DNA of 62,483 bases, the filler included, from a bacterium (GTDB taxonomy: Bacteria > JALSQH01), in assembly GCA_027004335.1 (NCBI GenBank). It is 9 parts of 9 records of this genome, joined end to end, with 100 filler letters (N's around TTAATTAATTAA, not from the genome) between each part and the next. Parts side by side here need not be neighbours in the genome. Positions count along the whole stretch, not along the records: positions 7,732 to 11,443 come from JALTID010000100.1; positions 11,544 to 15,228 come from JALTID010000101.1; positions 15,329 to 26,167 come from JALTID010000102.1; 6 more parts are not named here. One strand, given 5' to 3'. This document shows, piece after piece, positions 8,560-17,916 of this stretch (position 1 is the stretch's first letter; every line of letters starts with the position of its first letter). The position numbers were made by a program, and so were the translations under genes. A model generated the notes under the pieces. It made no database searches, was not told where the DNA came from, and saw only the letters and a program-made list of their open reading frames with translations.

Positions 8560-9828
8560 TCAAATTGCTTCAAGAGCCTGTTTAATATCATTTATTATAT
8601 CATCAACATCTTCAATTCCCACGGATAGTCTTATAAAACCATCAGTGACACCAGCTTTTAATCTTTCCTCCCTTGATAGTTGTTGATGAGTTGTGCTGGC
8701 AGGATGAATAACGAGACTCCTTGCATCACCAATATTTGCAAGATGATTCAATAAGTTAACAGAAGAAATAAACTTCTTTCCTGCTTCATATCCCCTCTTC
8801 AGCTCAAACCCTATTAAACCACTCTGGCCTTTTGGTAGATATTTCCCTGCAAGTTTTTTATAGTGGCTTGAATCAAGACCTGGATAATTTACATTTGCAA
8901 CAGCGGGATGTGAGGCAAGAAACTCCGCAACTTTCAGGGCATTTTTAGAATGTTTTTCCATTCTAAGTGAAAGAGTCTCAATTCCCATAAGGATTAGAAA
9001 AGCGTTAAAAGGACTGATAGAACCACCTAAGTCTCTGAGTGTTTGAAGTCTTGTTCTCGCAATAAAAGCAGCTCTACCAAATTTCTCTGAAAAAATTATC
9101 CCGTGATAGCCTGAATCCGGCTCTGTAAACTGCTTAAACCCTCCTTCTTTCCATGGAAAGTTACCACTATCAACAATTAGCCCTCCAACAGAAGTTGCAT
9201 GACCGCTGAGATACTTAGTAAGAGAATAAACAACGATATCAACACCCCATTCTATTGGCTTAAAAAGATATGGAGTGGCAACGGTATTATCAACAACAAC
9301 CGGGATAGGAACAGAGTGTGCGATCTCTACTACTCTTTCAAAATCGGGTATATTTAACTTAGGATTCCCTATAGTTTCAAGGTAAATGACCTTTGTTTGG
9401 GGGGTCAGAGCCTTTTTGAAATTCTCCGGATCATCAGCGTCAACATATTTTACGTTAATCCCCAAATTTGCAAGTGTTAAACTGAAAAGAGTTATCGTCC
9501 CGCCATAGAGTGCAGAGGAAGATAAAATTTCATCTCCTTCCCCAAGTAAAGAAAGCATTGTGGTGGTTATAGCGGCCATCCCTGATGAGGTTGCCACCGC
9601 TCCAACTCCACCATCAAGGAGGGTCATTCTTTTTTCAAGAACATCAGCAGTGGGATTATTAATCCTCGTATAGATAAATCCTTCTTCCTCAAGGTTAAAA
9701 ATCCTGGCAGCGTGATCTGGGTCTTTGAATATAAATGAGGTACTTTGATAAATTGGAGGAAGTGAAGCACCTTTTTCATCAGGTTCAAAGCCTCCATGAA
9801 TAGAAAGGGTATCAAATTTGTAACCCAT
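8560..9828 (-). CDS. metY: O-acetylhomoserine aminocarboxypropyltransferase (sulfhydrylase)
   Basis: [31 protein letters not shown] (PLP lysine), [32 protein letters not shown] before ATG 9828. Confidence 0.95.
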   Translation of the reverse strand: MGYKFDTLSIHGGFEPDEKGASLPPIYQSTSFIFKDPDHAARIFNLEEEGFIYTRINNPTADVLEKRMTLLDGGVGAVATSSGMAAITTTMLSLLGEGDEILSSSALYGGTITLFSLTLANLGINVKYVDADDPENFKKALTPQTKVIYLETIGNPKLNIPDFERVVEIAHSVPIPVVVDNTVATPYLFKPIEWGVDIVVYSLTKYLSGHATSVGGLIVDSGNFPWKEGGFKQFTEPDSGYHGIIFSEKFGRAAFIARTRLQTLRDLGGSISPFNAFLILMGIETLSLRMEKHSKNALKVAEFLASHPAVANVNYPGLDSSHYKKLAGKYLPKGQSGLIGFELKRGYEAGKKFISSVNLLNHLANIGDARSLVIHPASTTHQQLSREERLKAGVTDGFIRLSVGIEDVDDIINDIKQALEAI

Positions 9829-10501
9829 CGTATATCTCCTTTTCACTCTGGATAAACTCAATATTATTTATATCAAGAGAAAAAAGTTCTGCAATAATCC
9901 CAAGCCATTTCTGAGAAAGTTCCGCCATTTCAGGGAGATTTCCAACAAAATCTGCCATAGATGCAACAGATGAATTTTTTATACCGCATGGGATAATGCA
10001 TTGAAAATTTCTCCTATCGGTGTTCACATAGAGTGCCATCCCATGGGAGATTACCCCACCCCTTAAACTGAGTCCAATGGCAGCAATCTTTCCTCTATCA
10101 GTCCAGACACCAGGTTTTCCCGGTATAATCTGGCTTGTTATATCATAATCTGCAAGAAGATTTTTCACTGATAACTCCATTTTCTCAACAAGACCTGAGA
10201 CTGATTTCGCCCTCTTAAATTCTGCTACAGGATAAAACATTAACTGGCCATTATCATGATATGTAACATCACCACCTCTATCTATTCTAAAAATCGGGAT
10301 ACTTTTACAATGCTGAAACTGTGAAACAAGCAAATTTCTTTCCTTGGCATGTTTACCAAGGGTAATTACTGATGGATGGGTAGTAAAAATTATAAAACCC
10401 TTTTCAGATAAATTAACTACAGCTTGCTTTAATCTCCTGAGAAGCTCTAACCAACTTCCATATTCAATGGAGGGAAGAAAATAAGCTGAGAAAAACCTCA
10501 T
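9812..10501 (-). CDS. lipB: Lipoyl(octanoyl) transferase
   Basis: [36 protein letters not shown]. Confidence 0.93.
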   Translation of the reverse strand: MRFFSAYFLPSIEYGSWLELLRRLKQAVVNLSEKGFIIFTTHPSVITLGKHAKERNLLVSQFQHCKSIPIFRIDRGGDVTYHDNGQLMFYPVAEFKRAKSVSGLVEKMELSVKNLLADYDITSQIIPGKPGVWTDRGKIAAIGLSLRGGVISHGMALYVNTDRRNFQCIIPCGIKNSSVASMADFVGNLPEMAELSQKWLGIIAELFSLDINNIEFIQSEKEIYDGLQI

Positions 10502-10899
10502 CTCCTGAGAATGCCTTTCTCCTTCAGCACCTTCCGGACAAGATCAAGTAACTGATTATGCCTTATAGGCTTCGTAAGGAAATAGTCACAGCCTGCCCTC
10601 ATGCTCCTCTCTCTATCTTCTTTACCACCCTTAGCCGTAACCATAATAATTGTAGTATCCTTAAGGTCAGGATTTGTTTTAACAAATTTACATACAACAT
10701 CACCGTTCATCTGGGGCATTATAAGATCAAGAACAGCAACCACGGGTCTGTCTTCCTGAATAACTTTCAGAGCTTCAGTTCCATCTTTGGCCTTTACTAC
10801 ATCACAACCTGTTCTTTTCAAAAGTATTTCTTCTAACTTTAGCACCATCTCTATATCATCAGCAATCAAAATCTTCGGCCTTTTCTTAACCTCGTTCAT
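10498..10899 (-). CDS. Single-domain response regulator (receiver)
   Basis: ILIADD, LDLIMP.MNG, MVTA, FLTKP. Confidence 0.93.
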   Translation of the reverse strand: MNEVKKRPKILIADDIEMVLKLEEILLKRTGCDVVKAKDGTEALKVIQEDRPVVAVLDLIMPQMNGDVVCKFVKTNPDLKDTTIIMVTAKGGKEDRERSMRAGCDYFLTKPIRHNQLLDLVRKVLKEKGILRR

Positions 10900-10923
10900 A
10901 TTGCCCCCTTTTCCTATCTTTTC

Positions 10924-11443
10924 TTAAATTTTAAACGGTTCAGGAATAAAAGTCAACAAAAAAATCAATATAGCTATAAATGAGATTGTCTTAGTTTTAG
11001 AAGTAACCCCTGTGTAGTAAAGAAATGGTGGATGTCTCGTTCCAATTATCAAGATTAAAATCCCCCATACTATCCACCCCTCCCACCCAATTATTCCTAA
11101 AATAAGAAGAACAAATACCACAAACAGGGTTATTTGCCTGTGCCATTTTTCCATAATGGCAAAAAGAATATGTCCCCCATCTAACTGACTGGCAGGAATA
11201 AGGTTCAATGATGTTACAAAAAAACCTATCCATCCTGCAAAAGCGACAGGGTGAAGCACAAGTTCTTTACCATTTTGCACAGGAAAGTAAAATTTATACA
11301 TGATCTTTAAAATCAGAGGATCACCAAGGGTGATCATGTTCTCTTTCGCTGCCGATGCAGGAACGAGGTATGAATACTTAAGCCCTATAAGTGTTACAAT
11401 CATTGCACCTATAGATCCAGTAACTGGCCCCATACCCGCAACC
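10924..11443 (-). CDS. Site-2 protease (M50 family), C-terminal part (5' truncated)
   Basis: LHPVAFAGWIG...LNLIPASQLDGGHI motif; multiple TM helices. Confidence 0.88.
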
Positions 11444-11543
11444 NNNNNNNNNNNNNNNNNNNNNNNNNNNNNNNNNNNNNNNNNNNNTTAATTAATTAAN
11501 NNNNNNNNNNNNNNNNNNNNNNNNNNNNNNNNNNNNNNNNNNN
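11444..11543. other. Artificial contig spacer
   Basis: 44 N + TTAATTAATTAA + 44 N. Confidence 0.99.
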
Positions 11544-11544
11544 T

Positions 11545-11613
11545 TTCATGAGTTATCTGGAAAACTTAAAGAGAAAGGCTAAAATAGAGATTAATCCATT
11601 CTATATGAAATGA
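11545..11613 (+). CDS. C-terminal tail of a probable peptidyl-prolyl isomerase (truncated)
   Basis: FMSYLENLKRKAKIEIN is typical of the PpiC/SurA-family C-terminus; lies just upstream of a SurA-like gene. Confidence 0.5.
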   Translation, partial: FMSYLENLKRKAKIEINPFYMK

Positions 11614-11620
11614 TATAAAA

Positions 11621-12535
11621 ATGAAGAAACTTTCGCTATTTTTATTTTTTCTTTTTTTTCTTTGTAAGCCATTATTTACCGGGGAGAAAATTTACGATAA
11701 GATTTTGTTTGTCGTGGATAATAAGCCCTTTTTACTTTCAGATTTTCTTGATTATTTATCCTTGAAGGAAATGAAGAAGATCACTGTTCCCGTGGGGTCC
11801 TATTCTTCGCTGAAGGATTTTATTGATTTTATTCTTCTCAGCGAGGATGCTTCCTCAAGGGGCTACACAGTTGATGAGGTGCAACTTGAGAATGATATAA
11901 AATCTGTGGCAATCTCTGCAGGGTTAACGGAGGAAGGTTTAAAAAATTATATAGAAAATACCCTTGGGATTTCTTATAGCAAGTTTAGAGAGTTAAGAAA
12001 AAGATTCATACTCTCCAATATGTTGGTGGGGCCCTCCATATCAAAAGCTCAGCCCTCAGAGGATGAGATCCTCAGTTACTACCGGCAGCACATTAAAAAT
12101 TTTTCATTCCCCATGGTTAAGGTGGTCTGGATAACCACTTCACAAAAAGTAAAGTTAAAACATGTTGGTGCAGATAAAATTTCTTCCGTTTTTCCAGAGG
12201 CACAAACAGAAGTGGTAGAGGTTAGGGAGGGGTATTTTAAAAAGGAAATGGAGGAGAGGATCTTTTCAGCTAAAAAGGGAAACTTAATTGGCCCTTTTAA
12301 GAGCGGGGAATTTTATTCCTACTTTTACATCCTTGAGGGGAGAAAAGTAAAGCCAATACCTCTTGAGAATGTAAGGAGTAAGATAGGAAAAATCCTTCTG
12401 GAGCAGAAGAGAGAAGAGATTATAAAAAATATGGTGGAGGAGGCGAAAGATAACCATTTTCTGCTAAAATGTTTTACAGTGAAAAATGATAAAGTTAATT
12501 ATTACCAGCGGGGATCCTGCAGGCATAGGCCCTGA
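11621..12535 (+). CDS. SurA-like periplasmic chaperone/PPIase
   Basis: Signal peptide; DKILFVVDNKPFLLSD SurA N-domain pattern; degenerate PpiC domain; located upstream of pdxA. Confidence 0.75.
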   Translation: MKKLSLFLFFLFFLCKPLFTGEKIYDKILFVVDNKPFLLSDFLDYLSLKEMKKITVPVGSYSSLKDFIDFILLSEDASSRGYTVDEVQLENDIKSVAISAGLTEEGLKNYIENTLGISYSKFRELRKRFILSNMLVGPSISKAQPSEDEILSYYRQHIKNFSFPMVKVVWITTSQKVKLKHVGADKISSVFPEAQTEVVEVREGYFKKEMEERIFSAKKGNLIGPFKSGEFYSYFYILEGRKVKPIPLENVRSKIGKILLEQKREEIIKNMVEEAKDNHFLLKCFTVKNDKVNYYQRGSCRHRP

Positions 12536-13502
12536 GGTTACCCTGAAGGCTCTTAATTCTTTTGGCCTGAATGATGTTTCCATCGTAGTGTTAGGGGATC
12601 CATCTCTTTACTCTGTTATTTCAAAAAAATTAGGAGTACCGTTTAACTGGAAAATTATTGAATATCCTCAGCTTGCAGAGGGGGGGGTCAATCTTCTCCC
12701 TGTGGAACCCGGTGGATTTTCTCTATGTGTCTCTGGTAATCCTGATAAAAAGACTTCAGAAGCTGCTTTTAACTATTTAAAAAAATCTGCAGAGTTGTTA
12801 AAAAAGGATTTTGATGGTGTTGTCACTGCCCCCATCAGTAAGGAGAAACTCTGGGATATAGGATTCAGATACCCCGGTCATACTGAGTTTTATGCTGATC
12901 TCTTTGGAGTTAAGGATTTTGTTATGATGCTTGGGGGAGATAGATTGAAGGTGTCCCTCGTTACAATACATATTCCCCTGAGAAGGGTTCCAGAAGAGGT
13001 AACTCCTGAAAAGGTTGAAATGACAATAAGAGTTACCCACAGGGAGTTTATTGGATCCTTTGGAGTGAATGATCCTTTAATTGCTGTGGCTGGACTTAAT
13101 CCTCATGCAGGTGAAGGAGGAAAAATGGGGGATGAGGAAGTGAAGGTAATTATCCCGGCAATTGAAAAATTGAAAAAAGAGGGAATTAATGTGGTAGGTC
13201 CCTTTCCTCCAGACACCCTTTTTTATAGGGCTGTGAAGGAAAAATTTGATGTGGTTGTCTCAATGTATCATGATCAGGGGCTCATACCCCTAAAACTTCT
13301 TCATTTTGATGATGCGGTAAATGTTACTCTGGGGTTACCAAAGGTAAGAACAAGTGTGGATCATGGTACAGCCTACGATATTGCCCCTCTTTTCAGGGCA
13401 AATCATAACAGCATGATATCAGCCATTAAAACTGCTATAATGATGATAAGAAATAGAAAAAAATATGAAATACATCAAGATAAGAGGGGCAAGGGAGCAT
13501 AA
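12486..13502 (+). CDS. pdxA: 4-hydroxythreonine-4-phosphate dehydrogenase
   Basis: GDPAGIGPE, TAPISK, GHTE, LNPHAGE, MYHDQG, RTSVDHGTA. Confidence 0.97.
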   Translation: MIKLIITSGDPAGIGPEVTLKALNSFGLNDVSIVVLGDPSLYSVISKKLGVPFNWKIIEYPQLAEGGVNLLPVEPGGFSLCVSGNPDKKTSEAAFNYLKKSAELLKKDFDGVVTAPISKEKLWDIGFRYPGHTEFYADLFGVKDFVMMLGGDRLKVSLVTIHIPLRRVPEEVTPEKVEMTIRVTHREFIGSFGVNDPLIAVAGLNPHAGEGGKMGDEEVKVIIPAIEKLKKEGINVVGPFPPDTLFYRAVKEKFDVVVSMYHDQGLIPLKLLHFDDAVNVTLGLPKVRTSVDHGTAYDIAPLFRANHNSMISAIKTAIMMIRNRKKYEIHQDKRGKGA

Positions 13503-15228
13503 TCTCAAGAATATCAACCTCAATATACCCAGAGAGAAGTTTGTGGTAATCACTGGCTTGAGTGGATCAGGTAAATCCTCCCTTGCATTCAATACAATTT
13601 ATGCGGAGAGTCAGAGACGATATATTGAGAGTCTCTCTACCTATGCGAGGCAGTTTCTTGGACAGATGCAGAAACCAGATGTGGATTTTATAGAGGGGCT
13701 TTCCCCTTCTATTGCCATAGAGCAGAGAAGTGTGTCACATAACCCGAGATCCACCGTAGGTACTGTTACCGAGATCTATGATTATCTGAGATTGCTTTTT
13801 GCCAGGGCAGGAACTCCCTACTGTTACAACTGTGGTAGAGAAATCTCTGCCCAGACTCCCCAGCAGATGGTAGATAAGATTCTGACCTATCCGGAAGGGA
13901 GTAAGATATATGTTCTTGCACCTGTAGTAAGGGGAAAAAAGGGGGAGTATAAAGATCTCTTCAGGAAGTTACAGAAGGAGGGATTTGTTAGAGTAATTGC
14001 TGATGGTGAGATGAAAACTCTGGAAGAGCCTATTTTTCTGGATAAAAATAAGAGACATGATATAGATGTAGTGGTGGATCGTTTAATTGTTTCACTGGAT
14101 GTAAGATCTCGTTTAACAGATTCCGTGGAACAGACACTGAAACTTGCAGATGGTATTTTGAAAATAAAAAATGCTGAAACTGGTGAGGAGGAACTGTTCA
14201 GTCAGAAATTTGCCTGCGTCTATTGTGGCATAAGTTATCCAGATATAGAACCGAGGCTTTTTTCTTTTAACAGTCCCTACGGTGCCTGCCCGGTATGTCA
14301 GGGTCTTGGTTTTACCTACACCATAGCTGAAGAAGAGATTATAGAACATCCTGAATCTCCTTTTCCCAGGGCTATCGCCAGCTGGGTAAAATTGGGCAAA
14401 GTGTTTATATGGAAATTGAAGGATCTTTTTGACTATTATGGGTATGATTACTATTTTACGCCTTATAATGAACTGGATGAGGAGTTCAAAAAAGTTCTTC
14501 TATATGGAAGTGAGGATAAGATCCCCATCACCCGGGGGGCTGCAAGGTATATGGGGGAGTGGAATTTTTCAGGAGTGGTTAATTATCTCCTCAAGATTTA
14601 CCAGGAAGGTGATATTGAGGAACAGGAAAAAATAGAACCTCATATTTCATATGATGTATGTCCAGCCTGCGGGGGAGCGAGATTAAGAAAAGAGGCTCTT
14701 CATGTGAAGATCAGCGGGAAAAATATCTACGAAGTAACTCAGATGACCGTGAAAGAAGCCTTAAGTTTTTTTAAAAATTTATCTTTTAAAGGGAAAAAGA
14801 AAGAGATCGCCAGTAGAATAATTAAAGAAATAGTTAGCAGACTCTCCTTCATGGTTGATGTTGGCCTCGATTATATAACCCTTGACAGAACTATTGGTTC
14901 TCTCTCCGGAGGTGAGGCACAGAGGATAAGGCTCGCAACTCAGATCGGCTCTGGTTTAACCGGGGTTCTTTATATTCTTGATGAGCCCAGTATTGGCCTT
15001 CATCCCAGAGATGTGGATAAACTCATTCAGAGTTTGAAGAATCTGCGGGATCTCGGAAACACGGTAATTGTGGTTGAGCATGATGAATCCACCATAAGAA
15101 GCGCAGATTTCATTGTGGATCTGGGACCTGGAGCCGGGGAGAATGGTGGGTATGTGGTGGTTACAGGAAGTGTGGAAGAAGTGGAAAAGAGTGAGAAGTC
15201 CCTTACCGGCAGGTATCTTTCCGGGAAG
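13465..15228 (+). CDS. uvrA: Excinuclease ABC subunit A (3' truncated)
   Basis: GAREHNLKN, GLSGSGKSSLAF, Zn fingers, LSGGEAQRIRLATQIGS, LDEPSIGLH. Confidence 0.98.
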
Positions 15229-15328
15229 NNNNNNNNNNNNNNNNNNNNNNNNNNNNNNNNNNNNNNNNNNNNTTAATTAATTAANNNNNNNNNNNNNNNN
15301 NNNNNNNNNNNNNNNNNNNNNNNNNNNN
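15229..15328. other. Artificial contig spacer
   Basis: 44 N + TTAATTAATTAA + 44 N. Confidence 0.99.
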
Positions 15329-15411
15329 CAGGTGCTCCGACCCAAATCGTTCCTCGATATCGTAATGTTTATGTTCTCGGAACGACTTCAGATACCCGCC
15401 AAACGTTAAGT
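15329..15411 (+). mobile_element. Integron attC site (left end cut by contig edge)
   Basis: Internal inverted repeat TCGTTCC/GGAACGA, ending in GTTRRRY core GTTAAGT (15405-15411); 20/21 identical to the end of the downstream site. Confidence 0.7.
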
Positions 15412-15441
15412 GAAATCGCCCTTTAAAGGAGAGGATTGAAA

Positions 15442-16404
15442 ATGCTTGGTATGAAAGAATTGAAAGAAATGATTGAAATCACCGATACAACGGTTGAATG
15501 TCCAGTTAAAGGTTGCAATGAAAAGGTAGAACGACAAAGAGGAGTCTTTAAGACAGAGGATAGATTCAAATGCCCTGTGCACAATATCTATATTTCACCC
15601 TCTACTTTTGAATATCAAAGTGAATTAGATAATCTACTCTGGAAAGATACGGCTGATTTGGATTTGTTTAAGAAGATAAAGACAGTGAAGCGTGAAAGCC
15701 GAATCGCACGGGATAATAGCGAAGATGCAGTCACTTGGAATGTTTTCAGATTTTTAGAAAGAAATAATCTGGTTGAACCGATTTTATTTTCTATCATCGG
15801 CTCTACTTTGGAATCCCCTGAGATAATCTACTGGTCGTATTGTCAGAAAGAAAATACCAGCTGGTCTGAATTAAACAAAGCGAGAGAAGAATTTGGTGAG
15901 GAAATAAAAAGAAGTTCGGAACCGGATATTATAATCAAAACAGATAATGCACTGTTCTTTATCGAGGCAAAACTAACTGCGGGAAATGAAACAAGTCCCA
16001 GCGATATGAGTTATTCCAAGAAATATGAAACCGGTGGCAATAATTGGTTTTCAAAGGTCTTTAAATCAGATTACAAAACAGTTGCAATCGTTGAGAAGAA
16101 ATATGAGTTATTACGATTTTGGCTACTCGGAACTTGGATGGCAAATCAAAGAGATTTGGAGTTCTTTCTTGTCAACCTCACATTGTCAGAACGAGAAAAG
16201 GACATTGAAGCGATTTTTAAAAGACACATCGAAGAAAGTCAAAATAGAAGATTCATCCGGATTACATGGGAAGACATCTATCACCAAATTCTAAATAGCG
16301 ACTTATCAGGAGTAGATAAAGATACGATAATAAAGTATTTCAGAAATAAAACCATTGGGTATGATGGAAATGGAAAATTACAAAGAGCATTTTCAATACC
16401 ATAG
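15442..16404 (+). CDS. Integron-cassette gene: Zn-ribbon + PD-(D/E)xK putative restriction-type endonuclease
   Basis: CPVKGC...CPVH; SEDAVTWNVF; SEPDIIIK...FIEAK catalytic motif; RBS just after the core site (alternative start TTG 15436). Confidence 0.8.
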   Translation: MLGMKELKEMIEITDTTVECPVKGCNEKVERQRGVFKTEDRFKCPVHNIYISPSTFEYQSELDNLLWKDTADLDLFKKIKTVKRESRIARDNSEDAVTWNVFRFLERNNLVEPILFSIIGSTLESPEIIYWSYCQKENTSWSELNKAREEFGEEIKRSSEPDIIIKTDNALFFIEAKLTAGNETSPSDMSYSKKYETGGNNWFSKVFKSDYKTVAIVEKKYELLRFWLLGTWMANQRDLEFFLVNLTLSEREKDIEAIFKRHIEESQNRRFIRITWEDIYHQILNSDLSGVDKDTIIKYFRNKTIGYDGNGKLQRAFSIP

Positions 16405-16415
16405 TGGGCAACATC

Positions 16416-16503
16416 AGATAACACAGCATAAAAGGTTCGTGCATTATGGCACTCACTCAAATTTTTGCTTCGCAAACCTTCGTTTATCCGCCACACGTTA
16501 AGT
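16416..16503 (+). mobile_element. Integron attC site (88 bp)
   Basis: Starts 11 bp after the stop codon with AGATAAC (R''), has AAGGTT/AACCTT arms, ends with GTTAAGT (R'). Confidence 0.72.
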
Positions 16504-16566
16504 GAAATTCCACACGCCGCGTTAAGAAAAGGCGATTTCTTGACTTTGTTTTATTTTATTGCTAAT

Positions 16567-17382
16567 ATGTTTTTGATGAAAAAAATAATGATATTTATTT
16601 CTGCTGGAATTTTAATGATCTTTTCTTCTATCTTACCAGGAGAGGAATACAACTATATAGCTCATTTATCTCCAAATATCAAATCACTCTGGGACCAAAG
16701 ATCTGATATAAACTCCACTGAAAAACTCTATGCCATTTTAAAAACTAAGTTTTCTAATGGGGTAACAGATGAATCAACTTTGATTCTTTTTCCGAGGCTC
16801 GCTTTCTGGTATGTTGAGAATTTGATGGATAGAGGGGTTACTGATAAAAAGACCCTTTTATCCATAGCAGATCCGGGTATAAAAGCCGGTCAGAAGTGCA
16901 TAAAGCTCTATCCAAAGGAAGCAGGATGTTATTTCTGGTATGGGGTAATATTATCAAGGGCTCAGGGGATAAGGGGAGTTTCTCCCAGTACTATTCCAAT
17001 GCTGAAAACCATGATGAGGGTCATGAACATCGTGGAAAAAACTGATCCAGCTTATTTCTATGGAGGTGTTTACAGGTACTGGGGGAGAGTGATATATGAA
17101 GTACCATGGCTGATCAGAAAACTTGCAGGGCACAGCTTGAAAGAAGCAGTGGAGTTCTATAAAAAATCCATAAAAATAGAACCTAATTTTTTGATGTCCC
17201 ATGTTTATCTTGCAGAAGTTTACATAAAGATGAAAAAATATAACCTTGCAAGAAATGAACTAGAATTTGCTATAAAGACACCGTCAAATTTGCTTCCAGA
17301 TGTGATACCGGAAAATAAGAGATGGAAAAGAAAAGCCTTTGAACTTAGAAAAAAATATTATTCTGACCTGTATGGGAAATAG
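16567..17382 (+). CDS. Secreted TPR protein, TRAP TatT-like
   Basis: Signal peptide; YFWYG...DPAYFYGGVYRYWGRV.YEVP...YKKSIKIEPNF..SHVYLAEVY. Confidence 0.7.
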   Translation: MFLMKKIMIFISAGILMIFSSILPGEEYNYIAHLSPNIKSLWDQRSDINSTEKLYAILKTKFSNGVTDESTLILFPRLAFWYVENLMDRGVTDKKTLLSIADPGIKAGQKCIKLYPKEAGCYFWYGVILSRAQGIRGVSPSTIPMLKTMMRVMNIVEKTDPAYFYGGVYRYWGRVIYEVPWLIRKLAGHSLKEAVEFYKKSIKIEPNFLMSHVYLAEVYIKMKKYNLARNELEFAIKTPSNLLPDVIPENKRWKRKAFELRKKYYSDLYGK

Positions 17383-17388
17383 GTCGTT

Positions 17389-17916
17389 TTAGCCAGAGTG
17401 CAATCTGGAGAGTTCAAAATATTGTAAGGCTTGTTCTTGTAGATTGTTTCTTTCTTCCTTTGTTAATTCACGAACCACTTTTCCAGGGGACCCCATGATT
17501 AAGACACCAGAAGGAAACCTCTTTCTGGGAGGGATCAAAGTTCCTGCCGCTACCATCACATAGTCGGGGATCTCCACATCATCTAAAATTATGGCACCTA
17601 TTCCGATAAGAACTCTGCTCCCTATTTTTGCACCGTGGATCATAGCCTTATGGCCAATCGTAACATAATCACCTATTATTGTGGGGTATTTAGTAGTTGG
17701 AACATGAATCACTGAAAGATCCTGAATAGTTGTAAAATTTCCTATCCTGATATAATTCGCATCACCTCTAATAACAGAATTGTACCAGACACTGCTCCCC
17801 TTTCCTATTTCCACATCACCTATTACATACGCACCGGGAGCAATAAAAACTGTGGAGTGAAGTTTTGGCTCCACCCCATTAAATCCAAGCACATTACCTT
17901 TGACTCTCATTTTCAT
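17389..17916 (-). CDS. Gamma carbonic anhydrase family protein
   Basis: Hexapeptide repeats; VIRGD, IQD.SVIH, IGHKAMIHG. Confidence 0.92.
   Translation of the reverse strand: MKMRVKGNVLGFNGVEPKLHSTVFIAPGAYVIGDVEIGKGSSVWYNSVIRGDANYIRIGNFTTIQDLSVIHVPTTKYPTIIGDYVTIGHKAMIHGAKIGSRVLIGIGAIILDDVEIPDYVMVAAGTLIPPRKRFPSGVLIMGSPGKVVRELTKEERNNLQEQALQYFELSRLHSG

Noticed and set aside
9829..9900. SAM riboswitch or T-box upstream of metY
   Set aside because: The upstream sequence is lipB coding region; there is no leader.
13465..16404. uvrA next to a nuclease as a DNA-repair module
   Set aside because: They are separated by a contig spacer, so the adjacency is artificial.
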